Source of the DNA: an uncultured cyanobacterium
Lineage (GTDB): Bacteria; Cyanobacteriota; Cyanobacteriia; PCC-6307; Cyanobiaceae
DNA: 64,000 nt
Assembly (NCBI GenBank): GCA_963765575.1
Contig: CAVXWZ010000011.1
Location: 480,001-544,000 of the forward strand
Direction of reading: 5' to 3'
The stretch's first letter is position 1. Each line of letters begins with the position of its first letter. The notes under the pieces were generated by a model. The model ran no database searches, was not told where the DNA came from, and worked only from the letters and a program-made list of their open reading frames with translations. This document shows positions 55,347-64,000 of the stretch, piece after piece. The position numbers and the translations under genes are program-made.

Positions 55347-56092
55347 GGGGCCCGGCTGCCAACGGCGGCCCGGGGCCATGGCAGCTGCGGCGCCTGCCGG
55401 TGTGCGCCAGCACCGAACTGGAACTGGAGCGCTGGCTGCGCCGCCGCGGCAGGGGGCCACTCGCCGGGGAGGTGCCCCTGGCGGTGGTGGCCCGGCGCCA
55501 GCGCCACGGGCATGGCCAGCGGGGCCGGCCCTGGCAGTCGCCTGCCGGGGGCGTGTGGCTGAGTGCCGCCCTGCCCTGGCCGGCGCGGCCTGCAACCGCC
55601 CTGGGCCTGGCGGTGGTGCTGGGGCTGGCGTTGGAGCTGGAGGCCCTCGGCCTGCAGCCCCGCATCAAGTGGCCCAACGACCTGCTGCTGCAGGGACGCA
55701 AGCTGGCCGGGGTGCTGCCGCGGCTGCGGCTGCGGGGTGATCGCGTGCGCTGGGCCCAGGTGGGGGTGGGCATCAACGGCATCAACCGGGTGCCGGCCGG
55801 TGCCATCGCCCTGGCTGAGGCACTGGCGGGGGCTGGACAGCACCATCCCCAGGCCAGGCCCTTACACCTGGAACGCCGCGTGCTGCGGGCCCTGGCCTGG
55901 GCCCGCGACCAGGCCACCGCCCCGGCCGACAGCGACGACGCCATCCACCGCCTGGCGGAGAGCCGCCTGGAGCCCTGCCCCCTGGGCCTGGTCCACGGTG
56001 GCGTGCGCTGGCAGGTGGAGGGGCTGGGGGCCGATGGGGGCCTGCTCCTGAGGCGGGGGGCGCTGACCACGCGTCTGCAGCGCCGGTTTTGA
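55343..56092 (+). CDS. birA: Biotin--[acetyl-CoA-carboxylase] ligase
   Basis: QRHGHGQRGRPW, KWPNDL, KLAGVL and GVGIN; GTGA overlap with the previous gene. Confidence 0.9.
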   Translation: MRGPAANGGPGPWQLRRLPVCASTELELERWLRRRGRGPLAGEVPLAVVARRQRHGHGQRGRPWQSPAGGVWLSAALPWPARPATALGLAVVLGLALELEALGLQPRIKWPNDLLLQGRKLAGVLPRLRLRGDRVRWAQVGVGINGINRVPAGAIALAEALAGAGQHHPQARPLHLERRVLRALAWARDQATAPADSDDAIHRLAESRLEPCPLGLVHGGVRWQVEGLGADGGLLLRRGALTTRLQRRF

Positions 56093-56135
56093 GGCGCCAA
56101 GGGTTGGGCCGCCGGGCCTGATTACAATCCCGCCC

Positions 56136-57479
56136 ATGGGCAGCTCTCCGCTCCAACGATCGCCCCGCGGGCGCCGGGGCCTGCGCTCCGCTGGCGCGGC
56201 CTCCCTGGTGGCGGCTGCCGTTGCAGCCCTCTCCGGCGCCGGTGCCCTGGGCCAGGCCCAGGAACCAGCCGCGGAACCCTCCCGTCCTCAACCGGCTCCG
56301 GCCGCGGCCGGAGCGGCCGGCCTTGGGGACCAGCCAATCAGCCGGCCGGCCGCCTCACCCCGGCCGGTCCCCGCCGCCCCGGCCGAGGCCCTCAGCCCCC
56401 GTCTGGCACCGGTTGCCACTCCGGCGCCAGCGGCGGTGGCCCCGGCTCCACAGCCACGCCGGCCCGATGCCATCCAGCCGGGGCCTCTACGGCCCGATCC
56501 CGCCTCCCTGAGCGCCCCCGAGCCCCGTCGCTTCGATCGCTCCCTCGACGATCTGGTGCGCGACGGGGTGGTGACCCAGGCCGAGCGCGATCGCATCCGC
56601 AGCGGCGCGATGACATCTCCGGTGCAGGCCCCTGCCCACCGCCAGGCCTGCCGCAGCGGCGCCCTCTCCGAGCAGGAGTGCCGCACGGGCGTGGTGGTGC
56701 GCTGGCGCGGCCGCTCCCCGGGCCAGGGCTGGCCCCTCGATGCCGGTGACCCCGCAGCGGTTGCGGCGGCACGGGACCAGTTGCAGGCGGGATCCAGCGG
56801 CTGGAGCGGCGCCATGGGCGAGGTGTTCACCACCCCCCTGACCACGCCCCTCACGGTTCCGGTGGCCTCCCTGATGGGCGGCGATGGCAGCAACCTGCGC
56901 CTGGCCGACGTCTTCGCGATCACCCCCCGGCCCGCCCCGCTGGCGGGCAACGGCAATCGCGGCCTGCTGTTCCCCCTCATCGGAGCTGGGGTCAACACCA
57001 GTGGTTTCGGCTTCCGGCTGCACCCGATCCTGGGCAGCTGGCTGATGCATGCGGGCATCGATCTCGCTGCCCCCACGGGCACTCCGGTGGTGGCGGTGCT
57101 CGGCGGCCGGGTGGTGAGCAGCGGTGGAGCCGGTGGCTATGGCCTGGCGGTTGAAGTGGAGCACGACAACCCCCGCCGGCGCACGCTCTATGCCCACCTC
57201 AGCGAGCTGTATGTGAAATCAGGCGACCGGGTACGCCAGGGTGAGGTCGTTGGACGGGTCGGCAGCACGGGCCGCAGCACCGGGCCACACCTGCACTTCG
57301 AGCTGCGCCTGCCCAGTGATGGCGGCTGGGTGGCCGTTGATCCCGGCGGTTTTGCACCCGGTGCCAATCCCCTCAACCCCCTGGGCAGCGATGTCATCGC
57401 CCAGATGATGGGCCAGCTGCTGCAGCGGCTCGAACGCCCCGACAGCGTTGCCACCGAATCCGGCCCACTGGGGGGCTGA
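56136..57479 (+). CDS. M23 family metallopeptidase
   Basis: HAGID, YAHL and STGPHLHFE; signal-like N-terminus with a Pro/Ala-rich linker. Confidence 0.92.
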   Translation: MGSSPLQRSPRGRRGLRSAGAASLVAAAVAALSGAGALGQAQEPAAEPSRPQPAPAAAGAAGLGDQPISRPAASPRPVPAAPAEALSPRLAPVATPAPAAVAPAPQPRRPDAIQPGPLRPDPASLSAPEPRRFDRSLDDLVRDGVVTQAERDRIRSGAMTSPVQAPAHRQACRSGALSEQECRTGVVVRWRGRSPGQGWPLDAGDPAAVAAARDQLQAGSSGWSGAMGEVFTTPLTTPLTVPVASLMGGDGSNLRLADVFAITPRPAPLAGNGNRGLLFPLIGAGVNTSGFGFRLHPILGSWLMHAGIDLAAPTGTPVVAVLGGRVVSSGGAGGYGLAVEVEHDNPRRRTLYAHLSELYVKSGDRVRQGEVVGRVGSTGRSTGPHLHFELRLPSDGGWVAVDPGGFAPGANPLNPLGSDVIAQMMGQLLQRLERPDSVATESGPLGG

Positions 57480-57507
57480 GGTACAGCGATCTCCGGCACA
57501 GCGACCT

Positions 57508-58203
57508 TCAGGCGGCGATGCGTCCGTCGCGGAAGTGCACCACCTGTTCGGCGCGGGCGGCCACGTTGTCCTCGTGGGTCACCATCACCACGGTGATGCC
57601 GCCGCGGTGCAGGTCATCGACGATGTCGAGCACCTCTTCGGTGGTGTGGGAATCGAGTGCTCCGGTGGGCTCATCGGCCAGCAGCAGTGCCGGTTGGTTG
57701 ATGATCGCCCGGGCGATCGCCACCCGCTGCTGCTGGCCACCGGAGAGCTGGTTGGGCTTGTTGTGCAGGCGTTGGCCCAGGCCCACCAGCTCCAGGGCCC
57801 GATGGGCCCGCTCCCGCCGCTCGGCGGTCGGAACCCCGGCGTAGATCATTGGCAGCATCACGTTCTCGAGGGCCGTGAGCTGGGGCAGCAGGTGAAACTG
57901 CTGAAACACGAAGCCCAGCTCGCGGTTGCGCAGATCAGCCAGTTGGTCGTCGTCGAGGGTCTCCACCGGCACGCCATTGAGGCGGTAGGTGCCGCCGCTG
58001 GGACGGTCGAGGCAGCCGAGGATGTTCATGGCCGTGCTCTTGCCCGACCCCGACGCCCCCATCACCGCCAGGTAATCGCCCTGATTCACCCGCAGGTCCA
58101 GGCCGTCCAGGGCCCTGACCTCGGCATCGCCGCTGCCGTACACCTTCTCAACACCCACCAGTTCGGCGACCGGGATGGAGGGCAGCGGCAGGGACTCAGC
58201 CAA
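57508..58203 (-). CDS. ABC transporter ATP-binding protein (LolD/MacB-like)
   Basis: [22 protein letters not shown] and VTHE. Confidence 0.93.
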   Translation of the reverse strand: MAESLPLPSIPVAELVGVEKVYGSGDAEVRALDGLDLRVNQGDYLAVMGASGSGKSTAMNILGCLDRPSGGTYRLNGVPVETLDDDQLADLRNRELGFVFQQFHLLPQLTALENVMLPMIYAGVPTAERRERAHRALELVGLGQRLHNKPNQLSGGQQQRVAIARAIINQPALLLADEPTGALDSHTTEEVLDIVDDLHRGGITVVMVTHEDNVAARAEQVVHFRDGRIAA

Positions 58204-59773
58204 GGGTTCCCTGCAGGATCGGCGTGCCGGCCACACTCTGGCTGGCCCAGGTGAACAGGGGGCTGGAGAGGATGCCACCCACGGCAGTGACGATCACGCA
58301 ACTCACCAGGGCGGCGCGCAGGGAAGTCAGGCCCGGCAGTGACCAGCTGATCTCCGGGTAGGCCTTCACCACGTCTGAGGCTTCATGGGGCTCCTTGACC
58401 ACCATCATCTTGATCACCGAGATGTAGTAGTAGATCGATACAACCGAGGTGAGCAGGCCCACCACCACGAGCAGGTACTGGCCGTCGGCCCAACCGGCGA
58501 AGAAGAGGTAGATCTTGCCGAAGAAGCCCAGCATCGGCGGGATTCCCCCCAGCGACAGCAGGCAGAGGCTAAGGCCGAGGGTGATCAGGGGATCCTTCTG
58601 GTAGAGCCCGGCGTAGTCGGCGATGCGGTCACTGCCGGTGCGCAGAGAGAACAAGATGATGCAGGCGAAGGCCCCCAGGTTCATGAACAGGTAGGCGGCC
58701 ATGTAGAGCACCATCGCGGCATAGCCGTCCTCGGTGCCGCACACCAGCCCGATCATCACGAATCCGGCCTGGCCGATGGAGCTGTAGGCCAGCATCCGCT
58801 TCATCGACGTCTGGGCCAGGGCCACCACGTTGCCGAGCACCATGCTCAGCACCGCCAGCACCGTGAACAACAGCTTCCACTGGCTGTCGAAGCTGCTGAA
58901 GCAGCCCACCAGGATGCGCAGCGCCAGGGCGAACCCGGCGGCCTTGGAGCCCACCGAGAGAAAGGCCACCACCGGGGTGGGGGAGCCTTCGTAGACGTCA
59001 GGGGTCCATTGGTGGAAGGGCACGGCGGCGATTTTGAAGGCCACCGTGGCCAGCACGAACACCAGGGCCAGGGCGGCGACCGGGCTGGCGCTGGTCTCCA
59101 GGGCCACGGCCACGGCCTCCAGGCTGGTGGACCCACCGGTGAGGCCGTAGAGCAGGGAGGCGCCATAGAGGAACACAGCCGCCGCCGCCGAGCCCACCAG
59201 CAGATATTTCAGGGCCGCTTCGGAGCTGCGGGCGTCCCGTTTCATGTAGCCCGAGAGCAGATAGCTGGCCACCGAGAGGGTTTCCAGCGACACGAAGATG
59301 CTCACCAGATCGGTGGCACCGCACAGGAACATCGCTCCCAGGGTGGCGGCGAGCAGGATTGCCGCGTATTCGCCCACCGGCGTGCCGCTGCGCTCCACAT
59401 AGCGCCAGCTGAGCATCAGGGTGATCAGCGTGGAGGCGGCCACCACGGCGCGGAAGGCGATCGCCAGGTTGTCGGCCAGAAAGCTGCCCAGGAAGGAGGG
59501 CTGCAGGTCGGCTGTGTTCCACTGCAGGGCCAGCAGCACCAGGGCGCCGCCCAGGCCGGCATAGGAGAAGGGGGGCACCCAGCGGCTGGCGGAGCGCTCG
59601 CCCGCCAGATCCACCAGCAGGCAGGCCAGCAGGGCCACCAACACGGCCCCCTCCGGTGCGATCGCACCGGCGTTGAGCTGCAGTGCCAGCCCGGGGATGC
59701 CGGCGCCACTGCCGATGGCCTCGCTGGCGGGGTTGAGCGCTGGGGCCAGGGCACTGGGCAGTGCGGTGGCCAA
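58196..59773 (-). CDS. ndhB: NAD(P)H-quinone oxidoreductase subunit 2 (NDH-1 NdhB)
   Basis: [35 protein letters not shown] and SLGGIPP. Start uncertain. Confidence 0.96.
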   Translation of the reverse strand: MATALPSALAPALNPASEAIGSGAGIPGLALQLNAGAIAPEGAVLVALLACLLVDLAGERSASRWVPPFSYAGLGGALVLLALQWNTADLQPSFLGSFLADNLAIAFRAVVAASTLITLMLSWRYVERSGTPVGEYAAILLAATLGAMFLCGATDLVSIFVSLETLSVASYLLSGYMKRDARSSEAALKYLLVGSAAAAVFLYGASLLYGLTGGSTSLEAVAVALETSASPVAALALVFVLATVAFKIAAVPFHQWTPDVYEGSPTPVVAFLSVGSKAAGFALALRILVGCFSSFDSQWKLLFTVLAVLSMVLGNVVALAQTSMKRMLAYSSIGQAGFVMIGLVCGTEDGYAAMVLYMAAYLFMNLGAFACIILFSLRTGSDRIADYAGLYQKDPLITLGLSLCLLSLGGIPPMLGFFGKIYLFFAGWADGQYLLVVVGLLTSVVSIYYYISVIKMMVVKEPHEASDVVKAYPEISWSLPGLTSLRAALVSCVIVTAVGGILSSPLFTWASQSVAGTPILQGTLG

Positions 59774-59932
59774 GGCCGGCTGGCCAGGGCGGTGGGAAAA
59801 GCCATCACGCCGGGCGGAAACATCACAGCGGCTGTGGGGCTAGGAGGTTTGTTGAGGGCGACTGTAGCCGCGTTGTTCGCCTCGGCCGGGGCCGCTGGTG
59901 CGATAAAGAGGTAAGCGGTCGTCCACCAGCCC

Positions 59933-62668
59933 GTGGGTCACACCCTCGTCATCGTTGAGAGCCCCACAAAGGCCCGCACCATCCGTAAGTTCCTGCCCGG
60001 GGACTTCCGCGTGGAGGCCTCCATGGGGCACGTGCGTGATCTCCCCAACAACGCCAGTGAGATCCCTGCCGCCCACAAGGGCGAGAAGTGGGCCAACCTG
60101 GGCGTCAACACCGCCAGCGCCTTTGAGCCCCTCTACGTGGTGCCGAAGGACAAGAAGAAAGTGGTGAAGGAACTCAAGGACGCCCTCAAGGGTGCCGACC
60201 GGCTGCTGCTGGCCACTGACGAGGACCGCGAGGGCGAGAGCATCAGCTGGCACCTGTTGCAGCTGCTCGGCCCCAAGGTGCCGGTGAAGCGGATGGTGTT
60301 CCACGAAATCACCAAGGAGGCGATCGGCCGGGCCCTGGAGCAGACCCGCGATCTGGACATGGAGCTGGTCCATGCCCAGGAAACCCGGCGGATCCTGGAC
60401 CGCCTGGTGGGTTACACCCTCTCGCCGCTGCTCTGGAAGAAAGTGGCCTGGGGGCTCTCGGCCGGCCGGGTTCAGTCGGTGGCGGTGCGGTTGCTGGTGC
60501 AGCGCGAGCGGGCGCGGCGGGCCTTCAGAAGCGGCAGTTACTGGGACCTCAAGGCCCAGCTGGATCAGGCTGGCGGCGGCTTTGAGGCCAAGCTCCATCA
60601 CCTGGGCGGGGTGAAGATCGCCGGTGGGGGCGACTTCGATGAGACCACGGGCGCCCTCAAGGCCGGCAGCAAGGTGCGGCTGCTGGCGGAGGACGAGGCT
60701 CGCTCCCTGCAGCAGGCCCTGCAACAGGCCCCCTGGCAGGTGACGGCCGTGGAGGCCAAGCCGACCGTGCGCAAGCCGGTGGCGCCCTTCACCACCAGCA
60801 CCCTGCAGCAGGAGGCCAACCGCAAGCTGCGCCTCTCCGCGCGTGAAACCATGCGCGCCGCCCAAGGGCTCTATGAGCGCGGCTTCATCACCTACATGCG
60901 CACCGACTCGGTGCACCTCAGCGAACAGGCGATCAGCGCGGCCCGCAGCTGTGTGGCCGGCAAGTACGGCCAGGACTATCTGAGCCCCAGCCCGCGCCAG
61001 TTCACCACCAAGGCCCGCAACGCCCAGGAGGCCCACGAGGCGATCCGGCCAGCCGGCGAGAGCTTCCGCGACCCCTCGGCCACCGCACTCGACGGCCGCG
61101 ATCTGGCCCTCTACGAGTTGATCTGGAAGCGCACCGTCGCCAGCCAGATGGCCGATGCCCGACTCACCATGCTCTCGGTGGACCTGGAGGTGGATGGCGG
61201 GGCGCCGGGCCGCGCCGGCTTCCGGGCCAATGGCAAGCGCATCGACTTCCCCGGCTTCTTCCGCGCCTATGTGGAGGGCAGCGATGATCCCGATGCCGCC
61301 CTGGAGGGTCAGGAGGTGCTGCTGCCGGCCCTGGTGGTGGGCGACACACCAACCTGCAAGGGCGTGGAGGCCCTGGGCCACCAGACCCAGCCCCCGGCCC
61401 GCTTCAGCGAAGCCGCCCTGGTGAAAACCCTGGAGAAGGAGGGCATCGGCCGCCCCTCCACCTACGCCTCGATCATCGGCACGATCGTGGACCGCGGCTA
61501 CGCGACGCTGGCCAACAACGCGCTCACGCCGAGCTTCACGGCCTTCGCCGTCACCGCCCTGCTGGAAGAGCACTTCCCCGATCTTGTGGACACGGGATTC
61601 ACCGCTCGGATGGAGACCACCCTCGATGACATCTCCCACGGCAAGGTGCAGTGGCTGCCCTACCTGGAGGGCTTCTACAGGGGTGATCAGGGCCTGGAAA
61701 CCCAGGTGAGCCAGCGGGAGGGGGACATCGACCCCGGCGCCTCCCGTACGGTCCAGCTTGAGGGCCTGCCCTGTGTGGTGCGCATCGGCCGCTTCGGCGC
61801 CTATCTCGAGACCAAGCGGGTGGCCGACGACGGCAGCGAGGAGCTGCTCAAGGCCACCCTGCCCCAGGAGATCACGCCGGCTGATCTCGATGCACCCAAG
61901 GCGGAATTGATCCTGCGCCAGAAGGCCGAGGGCCCCGAGGCCCTGGGGGTCGATCCCGAGACCGGCGACGCGGTGTATCTGCTCTTCGGCCAGTACGGCC
62001 CCTACCTGCAGCGGGGTCAGGTGAGCGACGAGATCCCCAAACCCAAGCGCGCCTCCCTGCCCAAGGGGGTCAAGCCCGAGGAGCTGAGCCTCGAGGACGC
62101 CCTCGGCCTGCTGCGCCTGCCACGCCAGCTTGGTGACCACCCCGAGGGCGGCCGGGTGGAGGCCGGCCTGGGCCGCTTTGGGCCCTACGTGGTGCATCAC
62201 AAGGGCAAAGGCGAAAAGGATTACCGCTCGCTCAAGGCCGAGGATGACGTGCTGGTGGTGGGTCTGGGCCGGGCCCTGGAGCTGCTGGCCATGCCCAAGC
62301 GGGGGCGCGGCGGTCGCACCGCCCTCAAGGACCTGGGTACCCCGGCGGCGAGCGAGGAGACGATCCAGCTGTTCGATGGTCCCTACGGGCTCTACGTGAA
62401 GCAGGGCAAGGTGAATGCCTCCCTGCCGGAGGGCACCACCGCCGAAACCATCACCCTGGAGCAGGCGGTGGAGCTGCTGGCGGCGAAGCAGGCCAGCGGC
62501 AAGAAGCCCAGCGCCAAGAGGGCCAGCACAAAGCAGCCCAGCACCAAGAAGCCCACCGGCAAGACGGGCGCCGCCCGCAAGCCGGCGGCCAAGAAGCCCC
62601 CGGCCACCACCAAGACCGGGCGTCTGCGGGCCAGTGCCGTGCGGGTGATCAAGGCCGCTGACAGCTGA
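59933..62668 (+). CDS. topA: DNA topoisomerase I
   Basis: [31 protein letters not shown]-terminal repeats and a Lys-rich tail. Confidence 0.98.
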   Translation: MGHTLVIVESPTKARTIRKFLPGDFRVEASMGHVRDLPNNASEIPAAHKGEKWANLGVNTASAFEPLYVVPKDKKKVVKELKDALKGADRLLLATDEDREGESISWHLLQLLGPKVPVKRMVFHEITKEAIGRALEQTRDLDMELVHAQETRRILDRLVGYTLSPLLWKKVAWGLSAGRVQSVAVRLLVQRERARRAFRSGSYWDLKAQLDQAGGGFEAKLHHLGGVKIAGGGDFDETTGALKAGSKVRLLAEDEARSLQQALQQAPWQVTAVEAKPTVRKPVAPFTTSTLQQEANRKLRLSARETMRAAQGLYERGFITYMRTDSVHLSEQAISAARSCVAGKYGQDYLSPSPRQFTTKARNAQEAHEAIRPAGESFRDPSATALDGRDLALYELIWKRTVASQMADARLTMLSVDLEVDGGAPGRAGFRANGKRIDFPGFFRAYVEGSDDPDAALEGQEVLLPALVVGDTPTCKGVEALGHQTQPPARFSEAALVKTLEKEGIGRPSTYASIIGTIVDRGYATLANNALTPSFTAFAVTALLEEHFPDLVDTGFTARMETTLDDISHGKVQWLPYLEGFYRGDQGLETQVSQREGDIDPGASRTVQLEGLPCVVRIGRFGAYLETKRVADDGSEELLKATLPQEITPADLDAPKAELILRQKAEGPEALGVDPETGDAVYLLFGQYGPYLQRGQVSDEIPKPKRASLPKGVKPEELSLEDALGLLRLPRQLGDHPEGGRVEAGLGRFGPYVVHHKGKGEKDYRSLKAEDDVLVVGLGRALELLAMPKRGRGGRTALKDLGTPAASEETIQLFDGPYGLYVKQGKVNASLPEGTTAETITLEQAVELLAAKQASGKKPSAKRASTKQPSTKKPTGKTGAARKPAAKKPPATTKTGRLRASAVRVIKAADS

Positions 62669-63210
62669 TGGATCAGCTGCGGCGGCCCTCGATCGATCGC
62701 CCTGCCCGCCTGTGGGGGGCGCCCTGGCTCGCCCTGCCCCTGGTGCTGCTGCTGGCGGCTTGCAGCGGCACCCCCTTCGGCGACCAGCTCGGTGGCAGCT
62801 TCCCCGATGGCGAGGCCCCCGCGGCTGACGCCACCGCCGCTCCAGCCCCTACCGGTGCCGCCGGGGCTCCCCAGCCCGCCCAGGGGGCGGCCCCCGGCGG
62901 CACCCCGGCAGCCGGTGCCAGTGCGGCCCAGCCCGCCACCCCCGGCCCGGCGGGGGCCGGCCCTCCAGCCACCAACCCACCGGCGCCCACCCCACCGGCC
63001 CCCGCTGTCACTCCGGTTCCCTACCGCCTCACCCTGCGGCTCGCCGGCGCCGATCCGGCCGCGCCGGCGGAGGAGGTGACCAGAGCGCTGCGGGCCGCTG
63101 GACTGGCCTTCGAGGTGGAGGTGATCGAGCGTCTCCCCGCGGGGACGGCGCCGGCAGCCCCAGCCAGCACGCCCGCGCCCACTCCCGCCGCTTCCCCGAG
63201 CGCCCGCTGA
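62668..63210 (+). CDS. Pro/Ala-rich putative lipoprotein
   Basis: LLLAAC lipobox; TGATG coupling to topA and to the next gene. Confidence 0.7.
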   Translation: MDQLRRPSIDRPARLWGAPWLALPLVLLLAACSGTPFGDQLGGSFPDGEAPAADATAAPAPTGAAGAPQPAQGAAPGGTPAAGASAAQPATPGPAGAGPPATNPPAPTPPAPAVTPVPYRLTLRLAGADPAAPAEEVTRALRAAGLAFEVEVIERLPAGTAPAAPASTPAPTPAASPSAR

Positions 63211-63866
63211 TGGCTGCTCCCCCCGGCGGCCAGCTCAGCCCCCGCCAGGCCCGCCAGCTGATGGACACCGCCTATCTGGCCGCAGCCACTGCCCTGCTCT
63301 GGGTGGCGCTCTACTACCTGCCGGTGGGCAGCCCCCTGTTCCGGCTGGCCCTGCCATTGCCGCTCACCCTGCTGCAGCTGCGCCACGGCTGGCGCTGCGC
63401 CTGGGAGGGCCTGGTCGTGACCACCCTGCTGTTGGTGGCGTTGATGGGGCCGATCCGCGGCCCGCTGGTCGTGTTCCCCTACGGCCTCTTGGCCCTGTGG
63501 CTGGGTTGGTGCTGGCGGCGGCGCTACAGCTGGTGGCTGAGCTGGAGCCTGGGCAGCGTGATCGGAGCTGCCGGCTTTCTCGTGCGCGTGGCGGTGCTCT
63601 CGGTGCTGGTGGGTGAAAACCTCTGGGTGGTGATCACCACGGCGGCCGCCGGGCTGCTGGAGCGGCTGGCGGGCCTGGTGGGTCTGGGCGCGGCCGTGCA
63701 GCTTGAGCAGGTGCAAGGGGCGGCCGTGCTGCTGGTGTGGGTGCAGAACGTGGTGATCGTGCTCACCCTCCACGCTGCGGCCTACTGGATCTTTCCCCGC
63801 CTGCAGGCACCGATCAGCGAGCCTCCCCCCGCCCTGCGGGCCCTGGTGGCGGTGGATCCCCTCTGA
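63210..63866 (+). CDS. DUF2232 family membrane protein
   Basis: MDTAYLAA, PLP..LL.LRHG and GENLW; several TMs. Confidence 0.8.
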   Translation: MAAPPGGQLSPRQARQLMDTAYLAAATALLWVALYYLPVGSPLFRLALPLPLTLLQLRHGWRCAWEGLVVTTLLLVALMGPIRGPLVVFPYGLLALWLGWCWRRRYSWWLSWSLGSVIGAAGFLVRVAVLSVLVGENLWVVITTAAAGLLERLAGLVGLGAAVQLEQVQGAAVLLVWVQNVVIVLTLHAAAYWIFPRLQAPISEPPPALRALVAVDPL

Positions 63867-63874
63867 GTCCTCCC

Positions 63875-64000
63875 TTGAATCCACCCCGGCGAGCGCCCGA
63901 TCCGCGCCCGCGGCAGTCCCTCCAACCCCAGCCCTCCGGCGCCTTTCCTGAAGGACCGGACTGGCTTCGCAGCCAGGTGCTGCTGCTGCTGGCCGCCACC
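63875..64000 (+). CDS. 5' fragment of a CDS, possibly CobT-like phosphoribosyltransferase
   Basis: Open from a TTG to the window edge, ending VLLLLAAT. Identity is inferred only from recalled gene order. Confidence 0.35.
   Translation, partial: MNPPRRAPDPRPRQSLQPQPSGAFPEGPDWLRSQVLLLLAAT

Noticed and set aside
15990..59670. Repeated GCGATCGC octamers (roughly ten noticed by eye)
   Set aside because: This matches the known cyanobacterial HIP1 palindrome; enrichment was not computed and it is not novel.
62490..62668. Lys/Ala/Pro-rich repetitive tail of TopA
   Set aside because: Basic C-terminal tails are common in this type of topoisomerase I.

Overview
A high-GC window from a picocyanobacterium (Cyanobium/Synechococcus-like, judged from gene content and order). 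It is mostly core chromosome: glyQ (partial), comEC, cbiB, ilvC, clpP/clpR, hemW, panB, ftsZ-ftsQ-ddl-miaB, folC-argD-murA, lpdA-trpC, rpsD, yidD-murE, ycf46-yceD-yidC-rnpA-rpmH, aroH-sppA, vipp1, birA, ndhB and topA. It also holds four tRNAs (Ser-CGA, His-GTG, Leu-CAA, Leu-CAG) and the SRP RNA (ffs). I found no integrase, transposase, prophage or CRISPR array. Accessory-looking islets are: (i) an SGNH/GDSL hydrolase and an orphan ORF after tRNA-Ser; (ii) a glutaminase-STAS-cNMP fusion divergent from a dipeptide-epimerase/DUF1611 pair; (iii) a geranylgeranyl-reductase-family gene; (iv) aqpZ; (v) a frameshift-masked secreted protein with 14 glycines at exact 4-residue spacing and an Asn/Trp-rich segment. 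At least seven genes carry 1-2 nt frameshifts, including essential murE and lpdA, which most likely reflects sequencing or assembly error. All family calls come from motif recognition by eye, not database searches. No complete novel system is demonstrated; the best leads are islets (ii) and (v).
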